Shown: positions 9,066 through 19,270, counted from the first letter of the stretch. The stretch is DNA of 64,000 bases from an uncultured Latescibacterota bacterium (GCA_951813615.1 OX638377.1:3434599-3498598), one strand, 5' to 3'. Numbers and translations: made by a program. Notes: generated by a model from the letters alone, not told the origin.

Positions 9066-12000
9066 CTAGAGCCGGTTTTCCACGATCCACTCCCGGTGCA
9101 TCTTGGCAAAACTGACCACGTCGGCGTTTTCCGGCTTGTCCCCACCCTTTTCTTCTACTACCTGATAGTTTTCCACGGCCTGCGGCCACTGGCGCGTGAT
9201 TTCATAGACCAGCCCCAAGTTGCAATACGCAGCCAATTCGGTATAAGTGCCGGGATAATCGCGGATAATATCCTGCAGAGCCGGCACGGCCCGGTCGTAA
9301 TCTTTGGCCTCAAACAGCTTCATGGCCTCGTTGTAGCTAAAGCTGGCCTGGATCTCGCTTAGCTCTTCCACTAGGGCTGTGGCCCTCGACGCCTCCTCGG
9401 AGTTGGGATATAGCTTGAGCACTTGCTGGTAGGTCGCCATGGCCTCGTCGTAAGACTGGATATTGTAGTAGTAGTCGCCGATGGTAAACTGCGCTTTGGG
9501 AGCGAATTCGCTCTCTGGGTAATTGGCAACTAGGTTTTGCATTGCGCCTACTGCTTGCTCCATCTCCTCTTGTTCGACAAAGGACCAAGCCAACGCGTAC
9601 TGCGCCGATCCGCCGTATCGCCCCTGGGGATATTTGGCCAAGAGCGATTGGTACGCCGGCACGGCCTCGGCAAAGGCCTGCTCGTTGTAGTAGTTTTCGC
9701 CAATGAGGAAAAGCGCTTCTTCCTCGTATTGGGACTGGAGATAGCGCTCGACCAGTTCGGTAAAAGCGGCGGCAGCCTCCTTAAACTGGGTCAGGGCCTG
9801 AAGGCTGTGGGCCAGATAATACTGGCCGTGAATGCGGTTGGCATTGCGCGGATATTTGTCGACAAAGCTCCTGAAGCTTTTCGCGGCGGTGGCGTAGTCG
9901 CCGTAGCTGATTTCGGCAAAGCCCTTGGAGAAGGCCAAGTTGCCGCTCTCGCCCGAATTCGGATAGCGCTTGAGACCTTGGGCAAAGATGCGCGCGGCTT
10001 CCTCGTATTTCTTTTGCTGCAACAGCGCATTGCCGATGATGGAATAGGCGCGTTCCTTCCGGTAGTAACCAGCTTGATTGTCGTCTTCGAACTGCATGTC
10101 GAGGAGCTGGCGAGCGAAGTTTTCGGCTTGGATGAAGTCCTGCTGATCGTAGTACAGCTCGGTCAGCAGCATGCTAAAGGTCGCCCGCTCCTGCGGGTCG
10201 TCCGATGCGGCGATGAGCTCTTGATAGTAGCTAGCCGCTTCTTCTTGCCGCCCCAAGCGGATCATACCAGCCCCCAGCGTGCGGAAGGCGCTGTCCTTTA
10301 TCTGGGGTGCGGGATCGCTTTCGAGCAGGGCCTTCATATCCTCCAGCGATGCCTCATAGCTTACGCGGGCCTGAGCTGTGTCGCCGACGGCGTCTTGCTG
10401 TTTGGCGACCTCGTAGTACGCACCGCCGCGAGCCAGCAGCGAATTTTGCAGGATGTGCTCAGGGGGATTCAGCGCAATGGCCTGCCCCCAAGCGTCGATC
10501 GCACCGACGAAATTATCCTCGGCGAAATGCACCCGGGCCAAGGTGTAGTGCATCTGGCCTTTTAGGATATCGTCGCCGGCTCGATCCAAGGCACCAGAGA
10601 GAGCCTTGCGCGCCTTTTCGTACTCTTGTTTGCCCATGTACAGCTCGGCCAACTCGACCTGCACGGTGGGCCACTTGTCCCAACCCTCTTCCACCGTCTC
10701 ATAGGCAGCAATGGCGCTGTCTGTATCCTCGAGGCGCTTATAGGTAAGGCCCAACTCCATTCGCGTTGTATTGTGCAATTCCGACTCCGGAAAGCGGTCG
10801 AGGAAGGATGTATAGATCTCCTCGGCCCGTTTGAGTTCGGAGGCAGCATAGGCTATGCGGGCCAACTGCAAAAGGCCGTTGGGAGCCGCCGGATGGTCTG
10901 CATACTCATCGACTAACCGCTGGTACAACGGCTGTGCTACTTCGTTTTTCTTTAAGAGTTGATTGGCAAAGCCGGCGTTAAAAAGCACATCCGGTATCAG
11001 GGCATTGTCCTCGCGCTGGCTCAAGAGTTGGTCGTAGCTTTCGAGCGCCTTGGCAATCGCCTCGTCGGCTCTAGCCGGGTCTTCGTTGCGGATCTGCCGC
11101 CCGTATTCTTGGTGACACTGGGCAATGCGAAAGAGAACCTTGTAGCGGTCGAAGCCGATGCGCCGGGCCACATCGCCGTAGGCATTGAGGTATATCTCGT
11201 ACTCTTGCGCCGACTTGAGATATTCGTCCTGGTCGAAAAGCATCAGGGCAACCGTTAGCTGCGTCCGGGCTTGAAAGAGCTTGTCCTCGACCTTTTCGAT
11301 GGCGTCTTTGTACGCGGCGATGGCCGCGGTCGTGCCCTGCTCCTTCTGCACCAACTCGGCGGTGCGGATATAGCTATTTTGTACCAAGACCGGCTCAGCC
11401 GCGTACTCAGTTGGGAGCACGGCATAGGCGGCGAGGGCCTTGGCGACTTCGCCGTTGTTCGCGTAAATATCGCCCTTTTTCAGATGGGCCTTGGCGACCA
11501 ATTCGCGCGCTGTCTCCTTGACCAAACCCTTGAGCTTGAGGGTGGTCATTTCGATAATTTCTTCCTCGGTCATCTGCGCGAAATCGTAGCGAGCAATGAG
11601 GCGGTCGAGGTACTCCAGCGCCTCATCGTACTGCCCCAGCTTGTCGTAGCTTTCGGCGATCTGGAAGAGCGAGCGGTCGGCGTTAGAGCCTCTGGGGGCC
11701 AAGACCAACACCTGCTTGAAGCTGGCGATGGCCTCCTCGTAGCGCTCCAATTCATAATAGGACCACGCTCGGTCGTAGTGAACGGACGCCTCGTAGAGGC
11801 TGTGGGGGAAGCTGTGCAGCAGCGCGTCCCCTTGCTCTATGACCTGCTCGTACTCCTTGAGCTGATAGCTCGTCTGAATCATCTGGTACTGCGCCATCAC
11901 TCGGGTGCGATCATCGACGCTTGCGTCCGCAGCTAGCGTGCGGAAGTGGTCGCGGCTCTTGTTGAGGTCTTGCAGTGCCTCCTCGTAGCGAGCGTCGGCC

Positions 12001-12338
12001 TCGGTCTCTTTTTGCTCTGAGCGCAAAAACTGTGAGCGCTGCAATTTTTCGAGACCGAGCTTGTTGTATGTATTGCCTAGCTGGTAGGTAGCACCCACGC
12101 GCACCGGCAGAATGAACTCGTCAACCGCTACGGTTACGTCCTCCACGTTGATCATGGCGTTGCTCTCGGTGGAAAGAATCACCTCATAGCGCTCAATGGC
12201 CCTGTCGTAGTCCCCCAGCGCATAGAGCTTCTGACCTTCCTCAAAGCGGTCTTGCAACTCTACCGGCGAGAAAAAGCGCGTGCTCAAGCTGGCGGCCACG
12301 CCGACCGCTGCGACCAGCAGCAGATTTACCAGAATCAT
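9066..12338 (-). CDS. Large TPR-repeat periplasmic protein (CpoB/BamD-like repeats)
   Basis: N-terminal hydrophobic segment, then ~1050 aa of TPR repeats with recurring (L/V)xxYPxSxxAxxAxY/F motifs. Confidence 0.88.
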   Translation of the reverse strand: MILVNLLLVAAVGVAASLSTRFFSPVELQDRFEEGQKLYALGDYDRAIERYEVILSTESNAMINVEDVTVAVDEFILPVRVGATYQLGNTYNKLGLEKLQRSQFLRSEQKETEADARYEEALQDLNKSRDHFRTLAADASVDDRTRVMAQYQMIQTSYQLKEYEQVIEQGDALLHSFPHSLYEASVHYDRAWSYYELERYEEAIASFKQVLVLAPRGSNADRSLFQIAESYDKLGQYDEALEYLDRLIARYDFAQMTEEEIIEMTTLKLKGLVKETARELVAKAHLKKGDIYANNGEVAKALAAYAVLPTEYAAEPVLVQNSYIRTAELVQKEQGTTAAIAAYKDAIEKVEDKLFQARTQLTVALMLFDQDEYLKSAQEYEIYLNAYGDVARRIGFDRYKVLFRIAQCHQEYGRQIRNEDPARADEAIAKALESYDQLLSQREDNALIPDVLFNAGFANQLLKKNEVAQPLYQRLVDEYADHPAAPNGLLQLARIAYAASELKRAEEIYTSFLDRFPESELHNTTRMELGLTYKRLEDTDSAIAAYETVEEGWDKWPTVQVELAELYMGKQEYEKARKALSGALDRAGDDILKGQMHYTLARVHFAEDNFVGAIDAWGQAIALNPPEHILQNSLLARGGAYYEVAKQQDAVGDTAQARVSYEASLEDMKALLESDPAPQIKDSAFRTLGAGMIRLGRQEEAASYYQELIAASDDPQERATFSMLLTELYYDQQDFIQAENFARQLLDMQFEDDNQAGYYRKERAYSIIGNALLQQKKYEEAARIFAQGLKRYPNSGESGNLAFSKGFAEISYGDYATAAKSFRSFVDKYPRNANRIHGQYYLAHSLQALTQFKEAAAAFTELVERYLQSQYEEEALFLIGENYYNEQAFAEAVPAYQSLLAKYPQGRYGGSAQYALAWSFVEQEEMEQAVGAMQNLVANYPESEFAPKAQFTIGDYYYNIQSYDEAMATYQQVLKLYPNSEEASRATALVEELSEIQASFSYNEAMKLFEAKDYDRAVPALQDIIRDYPGTYTELAAYCNLGLVYEITRQWPQAVENYQVVEEKGGDKPENADVVSFAKMHREWIVENRL

Positions 12339-12355
12339 GGTGTCAATCTCCTAGC

Positions 12356-15292
12356 CTAGAACCCTGCCACAATATCAAAGAACAGGCGCGAGTTGTCGAA
12401 GCTATCGGAAGCGCGAGTGGCGTCGTCGTACTCTCGGCTGGTTTTGATAAAGCCGAACTGGGAGGCGAGAGCGTAGCCGTAGTGATCCGAGCGGTTGCTC
12501 ATCATCAGCACCAGCGTCCATTCCTTAAAATCATTGCTATCATTCACCCGATCCAAGTTAGTGTGCCGCCAGAAAGGGAATCCTTGAAATCCGAGTTGCA
12601 GATTGGACTTAGCCGTCAGGTCGAAACGGGTCCGGACGATCGGCGCGTAAATTGAGAACGAGCGAATACTGCCATCGCCGGTGGCATCTTCGAGTACGCT
12701 AGAATGATCGCGCAAAAACAGGTGCTTGAACATCGGGCGGATGTTCAGGTTACCGGCGCTGATCGTATAGTCGAGTCGGTTGACCATCGTAAAGGTCGAA
12801 AGCACTCCGGCTTCCTGTTGGGTGCCGTCGTCGAACTCGTCTTCGGCTTGACTGTTGCGAATCCACTGGACGCTATTGATGACATTGAGGTTGGAAAGCT
12901 GCTGAAAGGTCGAGCTGATGAACAAGGTATTGACCAAGCTATTGCGCATGTTCAGCGGATCGACATCAGGCGGAAAAATCTGGGAATTGAGATCCTTTGC
13001 CTCAATCATCGGGCCTTTCAAATGTGGGACGGGGCTGGGTATCCGCTGGGTAAAACCCACGTCTTCCCAGACGTACACGTCGTCGCGAATGTCGTCTTGG
13101 ACCTGCTTGATATCCTCGTTGATGCGAATTTTGCCCAGATAGGGCGAGGTGAAGTTGTGCTCGTAGCGGGCATACATGGCCTTGGCCTCGCCACCACCGG
13201 CCGGCTCCTGCATAGTGTAATAGCCGACAGAGGCCCACTTGCCCCAGCGCCCCAAGCCTTTCTTCGTGGCCACAAAGTGAGCCCCTCGGCGGTCCCGTGG
13301 ATAGGGATAGTCGGGCAGGGCGTCGTTTTCGCGGTAATCGACTACGCCGTTGTTGTTGAAGTCGATGCCGTAGATGAAATCCGGCGGATCGGCGTCGTAA
13401 AAGAGGATCGGCTCGGTCCAATCGGGAATGCCGTTGAAATTCTGGTCGCTGTCCGGGATTAGGTCGTTGTTTTCGTCCAACCCAGGGAAAATGCCCGAAT
13501 CCGACTTTTCCGCACTGGGCAACTCGTTGATCATTTCGTCTGGCCACTGATCGTTGTCGTCATTATCGGTCATGACAAACATTTCCTGCATCTGTGGACA
13601 TACAAAGCAATCGTCGCTGAAGAAAGCCACGCCGCCACGGATGCTGTCGTAGTTGCCGCTGTAGTCCGGATCTAAGTTGAAAAATTCGCCGCCTAGCTCA
13701 ATCGGGCCTACTTCCTTTTGGGCCGTGAGGAAATAGCCGAGGGCCCGCTTGTCAAAGCGCTTGCCGGCATTGCTGCCCACTGGGAAGAGGAAGTACTGGG
13801 GATTGGCGACCAACTCGCCCTTTACTTTTAGCCCTTTGAGGCTTAGGTCCCAGTCCAACCCGTAAAGCGCCTGACCGGTGGGGATGCCGTAGTCGAACTC
13901 GACCACTTTGCGGCCCGCGTCGCTGCCGTCGGAGCGCAGGACCGTATAGCCTACCCGGCTTGGATCGAGCAGATCCCACTTGTATTGCAAAAACGGCTGC
14001 GCCTGAGTGAATGTCGGATCCGGCACCACCGGCCACTGCTTGAAGGCGTCGGGATTTTCTGCTATCACATCTTCAAGGGGCTTGACTCCGTCCTCGCCTT
14101 TCAGCCCGGTAAAAGGGTTGACGTAGCTCCGACCACCCGGAGCGTATCTGTCGTCCCCTTCGGCCACTTTGTCCACGTTCTTTTGGTGATCTCCTTGGTC
14201 AAAGAACAAGTGCTGTTGGCGCACCAAAATGCGATAGTCGCCCTCGACATCGGCCAAGAAGCGCACGGATTTCATCGTCAATCCCGGCACAAAGTCGTCG
14301 GGATCGGCCGAGTATTCCGAGGCATCCGGGAGGTTGAATTGCGGCATTTGGAAGCGGAAGACTACTTGCTCGCCGCCGGCTACCGACAACCCACCCTCGG
14401 CCCCGCCAATGGGATCGATCATCTTCAAGCTCGAGTCGTACTCAGGATCGCCTTCAATGCTGGTTAGGCGCACCCGCTGCCCCTGCGACTCACCAATGAT
14501 CACCACATCTACATCATAGACGGTGGCCGCTCGGATTATATCGTCGGGCGAATCGTCTTCGATAATGACTTCGATAAAAGAAGGCGGCAGCATGCTGTAC
14601 GGAGTATCGCCCTTGAGAAAGGAGCCGTTCTCATCGGCAGTATTGGCCATGTGCTGGTTGAAGTACGTGGCACCCATGCGCAGCACATTGCCCAGCTTAG
14701 TCTCCCAGTGGCCGCCAAAGATCAACACCGGCGAGGTCTCCCTAGTCGCCTTGAAGGTCGAAAACTTGGCGGCGTTCAACAGGTCGCCGCCTTGGCTCAG
14801 CATCAGGGTGAACCTGTTGTCCGAGGAAGCACCGTCGAGCAAGATGCCGAAGAAGCGCGGGTCGCTAAAGGTCAGGTCTGAAAACTTGGCGCGGATATCC
14901 TCACCCAAGGTCATTCGGTAATTCCAGCCCTTGTACGAGTCGTTGAGCATCACTAGGTTGGCGAACCACCCCAAGTACTGGGCCGTGCGGGTGTTGATAT
15001 TACTTTCCCCAGGGCGGGAAAATTCCCAAGTGAAGACATTGAAACCGCGCGACAGGTAATTGCCTAAGCGGTCGTAGCGATTGCGTGCGTTGATCACCGA
15101 AGGATAGGGATCGTACTCCTTGCGCCCGTAGTTCAAATACGGTTCGGGATGGCCGAGATTGAGGAAATCTCGGTTGCGCAGAAAGGTCTGCGCTTCGGCA
15201 TCGGCACCCAGCATTCCCAACCCAACAAACGCTAGTAGCGCGGTCCGTACCATTCTCTTTCTCGCATTACTACTCATGGCAGCTATCCTCAT
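12356..15292 (-). CDS. Large putative outer-membrane beta-barrel protein with Asp-rich (Ca-binding-like) loop, paralog A
   Basis: Signal peptide (AEAQ); amphipathic strands; C-terminus LFFDIVAGF; DNDDNDQWPD / DENNDLIPD / DFNNNGVVD motifs. Confidence 0.7.
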   Translation of the reverse strand: MRIAAMSSNARKRMVRTALLAFVGLGMLGADAEAQTFLRNRDFLNLGHPEPYLNYGRKEYDPYPSVINARNRYDRLGNYLSRGFNVFTWEFSRPGESNINTRTAQYLGWFANLVMLNDSYKGWNYRMTLGEDIRAKFSDLTFSDPRFFGILLDGASSDNRFTLMLSQGGDLLNAAKFSTFKATRETSPVLIFGGHWETKLGNVLRMGATYFNQHMANTADENGSFLKGDTPYSMLPPSFIEVIIEDDSPDDIIRAATVYDVDVVIIGESQGQRVRLTSIEGDPEYDSSLKMIDPIGGAEGGLSVAGGEQVVFRFQMPQFNLPDASEYSADPDDFVPGLTMKSVRFLADVEGDYRILVRQQHLFFDQGDHQKNVDKVAEGDDRYAPGGRSYVNPFTGLKGEDGVKPLEDVIAENPDAFKQWPVVPDPTFTQAQPFLQYKWDLLDPSRVGYTVLRSDGSDAGRKVVEFDYGIPTGQALYGLDWDLSLKGLKVKGELVANPQYFLFPVGSNAGKRFDKRALGYFLTAQKEVGPIELGGEFFNLDPDYSGNYDSIRGGVAFFSDDCFVCPQMQEMFVMTDNDDNDQWPDEMINELPSAEKSDSGIFPGLDENNDLIPDSDQNFNGIPDWTEPILFYDADPPDFIYGIDFNNNGVVDYRENDALPDYPYPRDRRGAHFVATKKGLGRWGKWASVGYYTMQEPAGGGEAKAMYARYEHNFTSPYLGKIRINEDIKQVQDDIRDDVYVWEDVGFTQRIPSPVPHLKGPMIEAKDLNSQIFPPDVDPLNMRNSLVNTLFISSTFQQLSNLNVINSVQWIRNSQAEDEFDDGTQQEAGVLSTFTMVNRLDYTISAGNLNIRPMFKHLFLRDHSSVLEDATGDGSIRSFSIYAPIVRTRFDLTAKSNLQLGFQGFPFWRHTNLDRVNDSNDFKEWTLVLMMSNRSDHYGYALASQFGFIKTSREYDDATRASDSFDNSRLFFDIVAGF

Positions 15293-15328
15293 GCAGTGTA
15301 GAGATTCTATCTTCAGTCACCTTCCAAC

Positions 15329-16189
15329 TCAGTGCTGGCGATAACCAACGCTGAACCGATGCACGCCTCCATAACCGGAGAGGTGCAGCGGGTATGAATA
15401 AGCATAATCGAAATGCCATTGCTTATAGTTGTGCCCAAGCCCCACGTTGAGCTCTCTCTCGTCAAAACCCGCACCAACTGCGGCCCCACCCATGCGGAAC
15501 CGAGCACCGTTGAGGCTCGCCGTCAGCGTCTCGTACCCCACCCTGAACTCCGTTCGCCCATCGCGGCGCTCAATGTCGAGCAGGACTTCCCGCCCCGCCA
15601 AGTTGAGCAAGGCCGCCGCGACCACGGCCGGCTCTTCTTTGCCTGCGTCTTGGCCACCTGCGGCGATGTTCGCGCCGTTTAAACCTTTGGCGACCAAGGC
15701 CAAACGCAGGTACGCTCGCGGGTATATGAAACCCACTTCCCAAGTGGCACCTACATCGAGGTGCCAAGCCCGGTGCGACAAGTCGCCGGCTTTCCAAGCG
15801 CTGGTGCGCAAGCCGCCGCCCAAGGCAAATCGCTCGTTCAGCGGCCGTCCGTAGCCTAAGGCAATCACTTCTTCGCGCCAGCCGTCAGCACCGAGAAACG
15901 AGACGCCCAGTTGGAAGCCGCCGCCCCGCAAGGGCCCGGTTACCGACAAGCCGTTTAGGGCTGGACTTTGGTCCAACCCGGGATAGAGCAACGCGTGAGT
16001 CGTACCAGCCTGCCACTTTTGCTGCTGGGCGTTGCCAGCCGGATTGTACCAAACGGCCTCAGCCGTCCGAATGCTGGCGGCAAAAGCGCCGCCCAGTGCC
16101 GTGCTCTGGGCTCCCCGTCCCGCGAATTCAAAAGCAGCTTCGCCCGGGAAAACAAGAGCCAGCAATAGGACGCTAGTACGCCACCACAA
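15329..16189 (-). CDS. PorV/PorP(SprF)-like outer-membrane beta-barrel (T9SS shuttle-like)
   Basis: GAQSTALGGAF...WYNPAG N-terminus (PorV/FadL-like); FDYAYSY...GVHRFSVGY C-terminus. Confidence 0.7.
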   Translation of the reverse strand: MWWRTSVLLLALVFPGEAAFEFAGRGAQSTALGGAFAASIRTAEAVWYNPAGNAQQQKWQAGTTHALLYPGLDQSPALNGLSVTGPLRGGGFQLGVSFLGADGWREEVIALGYGRPLNERFALGGGLRTSAWKAGDLSHRAWHLDVGATWEVGFIYPRAYLRLALVAKGLNGANIAAGGQDAGKEEPAVVAAALLNLAGREVLLDIERRDGRTEFRVGYETLTASLNGARFRMGGAAVGAGFDERELNVGLGHNYKQWHFDYAYSYPLHLSGYGGVHRFSVGYRQH

Positions 16190-17831
16190 AAGTGCCTCGG
16201 CGCGCCTTATCGCTTCCTTCTATCCCAACTTCGTACAGATAGAGCCCCGGCTCGACAACGCGACCGCTGCCATCGCGGCCGTCCCACTCGAACTGATAGG
16301 TCCGGGCGCTTCCCATCTGCGCCAACTGGCGGATCGACCGACCGGTCAAGTTGTAAATTTTCAGCACTACTTCCCGGCCCTCTTCAATATTGCCGACGAC
16401 AAAAGCAAAGCGCGCATATTCGTCTGCAAACGGAGAGAACGGACGCGGCTCCACCTGCACTTCGCTCAAAAGCTGCAACGGCGTTCCCGCAGCCAATACC
16501 GTCCAAGTAGCACCCGGCATTTCCTGCCCCTGCTGCCAGTTCACGTACCCGTCTCTGTCGCCTTGGGCCTTGTTGCCGGCCGCAAAGCGCATGGCGGTCT
16601 TGTCGCGCACAAAGAGCGCCTGTCCCTCAATTTCAACGGTCGCCATCGCGTTGATCTGCTCGCTAGGTGCAAGCGCTATCAGCATCCCCTCCCGATCCGG
16701 CGTCGAGCCCCAAGTATAGCTCTCGGTAGGCACGAGTTCTCGACCATCGACGCGCACGGCTGTCACGCTGAGCAAGGGGCCTTGTATGCGCAAGAGATCC
16801 ACTCCGTAATCATCGACACCAGCCGTGATCTCCACCCGATAGATCAGCGCCGCTTCTTCGCCCTTGCGCAGCGAATTGGATACGACCACCTCCGCCAAGA
16901 GCTGCTGCGCGACCAAGACTGGATCGTAGTCAATGGCAATGCGCTTGAGCGCCGGGCTGACAAAGGGGGCCGAATTCGTCAGGCGTGCCCGGTACGCCAA
17001 CGGCGCGACCGGCTCGTCTCCGCTGTAGAAAAATTCCCCCTCCGTGTGCGCCGTAACTCTTCCCCAAGGCTCCTCTGCTCCCTCTGCAGTGGCTCCGCGC
17101 ACCTGCATCTCAATGCTCGTGCGCTCTGGACGCTCTGCTTGCCAGCGAATCTGCCCTACATTGACCAACATAGACGGGGCAAAGCTACCCTCTATGAAGC
17201 CTTCACTAACGTAACCCACGCCGAACACCTCAATTTCCCCGATGGCGACCCAGTTGCTGCGGTCTTGGCGGATTATTGTCAGCCGCACGAAGCGCCCCTC
17301 GCGTGGGATTGCCTCACCGCGCTCGTCGGTCGCAGCCCAAGTAGAATCTGCGCTCGTATCTACATTGAGGACGAAATTGTCCGGCTGCTCCGCCAAAAGG
17401 TGCCAGACTTGCGGTGCCACTTGGGCGGCGGTTTCGAGCCTATACCCACGCACGAAGTACTCGGGCTGGTTCAGCGCCGTCTCGCCAGCTAGCACTCTCA
17501 CCCGCTTGATCGCCCGGTCCAACCCGAGATCGACGGTAAACTGCTTGTCGAACACGTGATTGGTGCCTGAGATCCACTCGCTCCGCACGAGGTCAATCGC
17601 GCCGTCGGTTAGCGGCACCGGCTTGTCAAAATCGTCTAGCACTGATTGTCCTAAGGCCACGTTTACATCCTCGTCCAACTGCGCCAAAATGACGAGACTA
17701 TCTGGATGCACCTGTACGCCTTGGGTCGTTCCCAAGGCAAATGTATCGACCGCGTCCACCACCCAAGTTTTTAATTCAGCACGGCATGGACTGAATTCGA
17801 GCAAGAGCAAGAGTGCGCCCAGCCTCAGCAC
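16173..17831 (-). CDS. Secreted protein with discoidin/F5-8C-like domain and C-terminal FlgD-Ig/T9SS-CTD-like domain
   Basis: FTVDLG...GRFVRL...IGEIEVFG (discoidin-like); PRPFSP...KIYNLTGR...WDGRDGSGRVVEPGLYLY...GTFVVAY (CTD-like). Confidence 0.8.
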   Translation of the reverse strand: MLRLGALLLLLEFSPCRAELKTWVVDAVDTFALGTTQGVQVHPDSLVILAQLDEDVNVALGQSVLDDFDKPVPLTDGAIDLVRSEWISGTNHVFDKQFTVDLGLDRAIKRVRVLAGETALNQPEYFVRGYRLETAAQVAPQVWHLLAEQPDNFVLNVDTSADSTWAATDERGEAIPREGRFVRLTIIRQDRSNWVAIGEIEVFGVGYVSEGFIEGSFAPSMLVNVGQIRWQAERPERTSIEMQVRGATAEGAEEPWGRVTAHTEGEFFYSGDEPVAPLAYRARLTNSAPFVSPALKRIAIDYDPVLVAQQLLAEVVVSNSLRKGEEAALIYRVEITAGVDDYGVDLLRIQGPLLSVTAVRVDGRELVPTESYTWGSTPDREGMLIALAPSEQINAMATVEIEGQALFVRDKTAMRFAAGNKAQGDRDGYVNWQQGQEMPGATWTVLAAGTPLQLLSEVQVEPRPFSPFADEYARFAFVVGNIEEGREVVLKIYNLTGRSIRQLAQMGSARTYQFEWDGRDGSGRVVEPGLYLYEVGIEGSDKARRGTFVVAY

Positions 17832-17832
17832 T

Positions 17833-18489
17833 TCAGAACAGCAGTTTCTGCGTCAGGCTGGTCACCACGGCAATGGCGAGGGCCTCCTCCAACTCCTTGG
17901 AGTTGAAGATCATGACAATGCCGGCATCAACCGGGCTTTTCGTGCTCACTTTGCCGGTTTTGAGATCCTTGACTGAGACTTCGACCTGCACTCTTTGCGT
18001 TTGCGGGGAGAATACTTTGCGCACCCGCTGACTAGTAATCAGCGCCGTGCCGCTAATTTCCAAGTCGGCCTCGTCCGAGTCCTCCGACACTAGCGCGAAG
18101 GGATTGTTCACTTGCCGCACGCTGTCTTCGTCTAGCACCTCGACCCGATCCGTCTGCGTGAGGATCCGCACCTTGTCCTTGCGCAGTTCGCGCAACAAGG
18201 CCCCAGACAAGTCCTCGATGCGCGAAGGCCGAGTAATCTGCACTAGTTTATTACCTTGGCTGGCGAGAGCATTAGTAATGTACTGGGTGCCCTGGCTAGC
18301 GGTCGAATTAGCGGCCCTCGGATCGACCACGTTGGCCTTGCTCTCGACCGGGAACTCCTTGACGTATATCTTGATCGGCATCGACGGCGGGTTGGGCAAA
18401 CTGGTGTCCTTAAGTGCCTCGTATTTCAAAGTGCAGGCCATCGAGCCGACAAGCAGCGTCACTCCGAGGAACTTCGCCATTTCTTTCAT
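17833..18489 (-). CDS. Hypothetical lipoprotein
   Basis: Lipobox GSMAC; abuts both neighbours within the operon. Confidence 0.75.
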   Translation of the reverse strand: MKEMAKFLGVTLLVGSMACTLKYEALKDTSLPNPPSMPIKIYVKEFPVESKANVVDPRAANSTASQGTQYITNALASQGNKLVQITRPSRIEDLSGALLRELRKDKVRILTQTDRVEVLDEDSVRQVNNPFALVSEDSDEADLEISGTALITSQRVRKVFSPQTQRVQVEVSVKDLKTGKVSTKSPVDAGIVMIFNSKELEEALAIAVVTSLTQKLLF

Positions 18490-19269
18490 TTACTTATTCT
18501 CCACCCAACGCACTCCGTGATCGACATTGAAGCGGAATTTCAGATCAGTAAATTCCACCGGATTGCCGTAGCCTACTTGAAAGCGATCAAAGGCCAGAAT
18601 GAAGTCATTTACTTCGAGGGTAAGCGACTTGGTCTCTGCAGGCAGCGGCGGAAAAGTCAGCTTGCCGACATACCTAGAGCCTTTGCGCACGGGCTTTTCT
18701 CGGTGGTACGCGCTTTTAGTCCAGATGGGGCCGCGATCCAAGCTGGCGTGATAGCGCACATTGCCTTCTTGTCCCCCCCACTTCAAATAGGAATAGTCGT
18801 AGTACTCGTCCTTGTCGTACCAATTTCCCGCCCCTTGGCCACAGAGCAAGCGGCGGCCATCGTCCAAGCGCAGAATGGTCTGCGTAGGATCTAGCTCCAC
18901 CCGCTCCCGGGTGCGGTTGATCACCGTCACCTCAAAAACAGTCCACAAGGGCGGCGTATAGTCCAAGCTGGGGATTTCGACGCCCGTGAGCGTATAGGGC
19001 GTGTAGCGGACGTCGTATTCGGCGTCGAGCATGGCATCGTCGTAGAACTTGACCTTGACTTGCACCCCTTGCTCACTCCACACGACCGAGCTGTCGATCG
19101 GATCAATGTAATAGGTATCTCCATCGGGTAGGACCGGCTCCAGCTCGATAAAGTACTCCCGCTGCTCATGCGATTCGAGGGATCTGAGGGTAGCGCACCC
19201 CCCGGCGGCCAGCACCAAGCACAGGAGAACGTGTATGTATTTTGTGAGGGATCTCATCTGCATTCGCAT
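18490..19269 (-). CDS. Hypothetical lipoprotein (paralog of 6682-7449)
   Basis: Lipobox AAGGC; shared motif blocks with 6682-7449. Confidence 0.8.
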   Translation of the reverse strand: MRMQMRSLTKYIHVLLCLVLAAGGCATLRSLESHEQREYFIELEPVLPDGDTYYIDPIDSSVVWSEQGVQVKVKFYDDAMLDAEYDVRYTPYTLTGVEIPSLDYTPPLWTVFEVTVINRTRERVELDPTQTILRLDDGRRLLCGQGAGNWYDKDEYYDYSYLKWGGQEGNVRYHASLDRGPIWTKSAYHREKPVRKGSRYVGKLTFPPLPAETKSLTLEVNDFILAFDRFQVGYGNPVEFTDLKFRFNVDHGVRWVENK

Positions 19270-19270
19270 C

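Noticed and set aside
7481..12338. Canonical Tol-Pal locus
   Set aside because: No TolA, TolB or Pal; two ExbD-like genes and a TPR protein far larger than CpoB.
16032..17492. 486-aa plus-strand ORF (and similar long shadow ORFs, e.g. 1980-3077, 6268-7356, 9537-10565, 62460-63785)
   Set aside because: Antisense to well-supported genes in GC-rich DNA, with no recognisable motifs.
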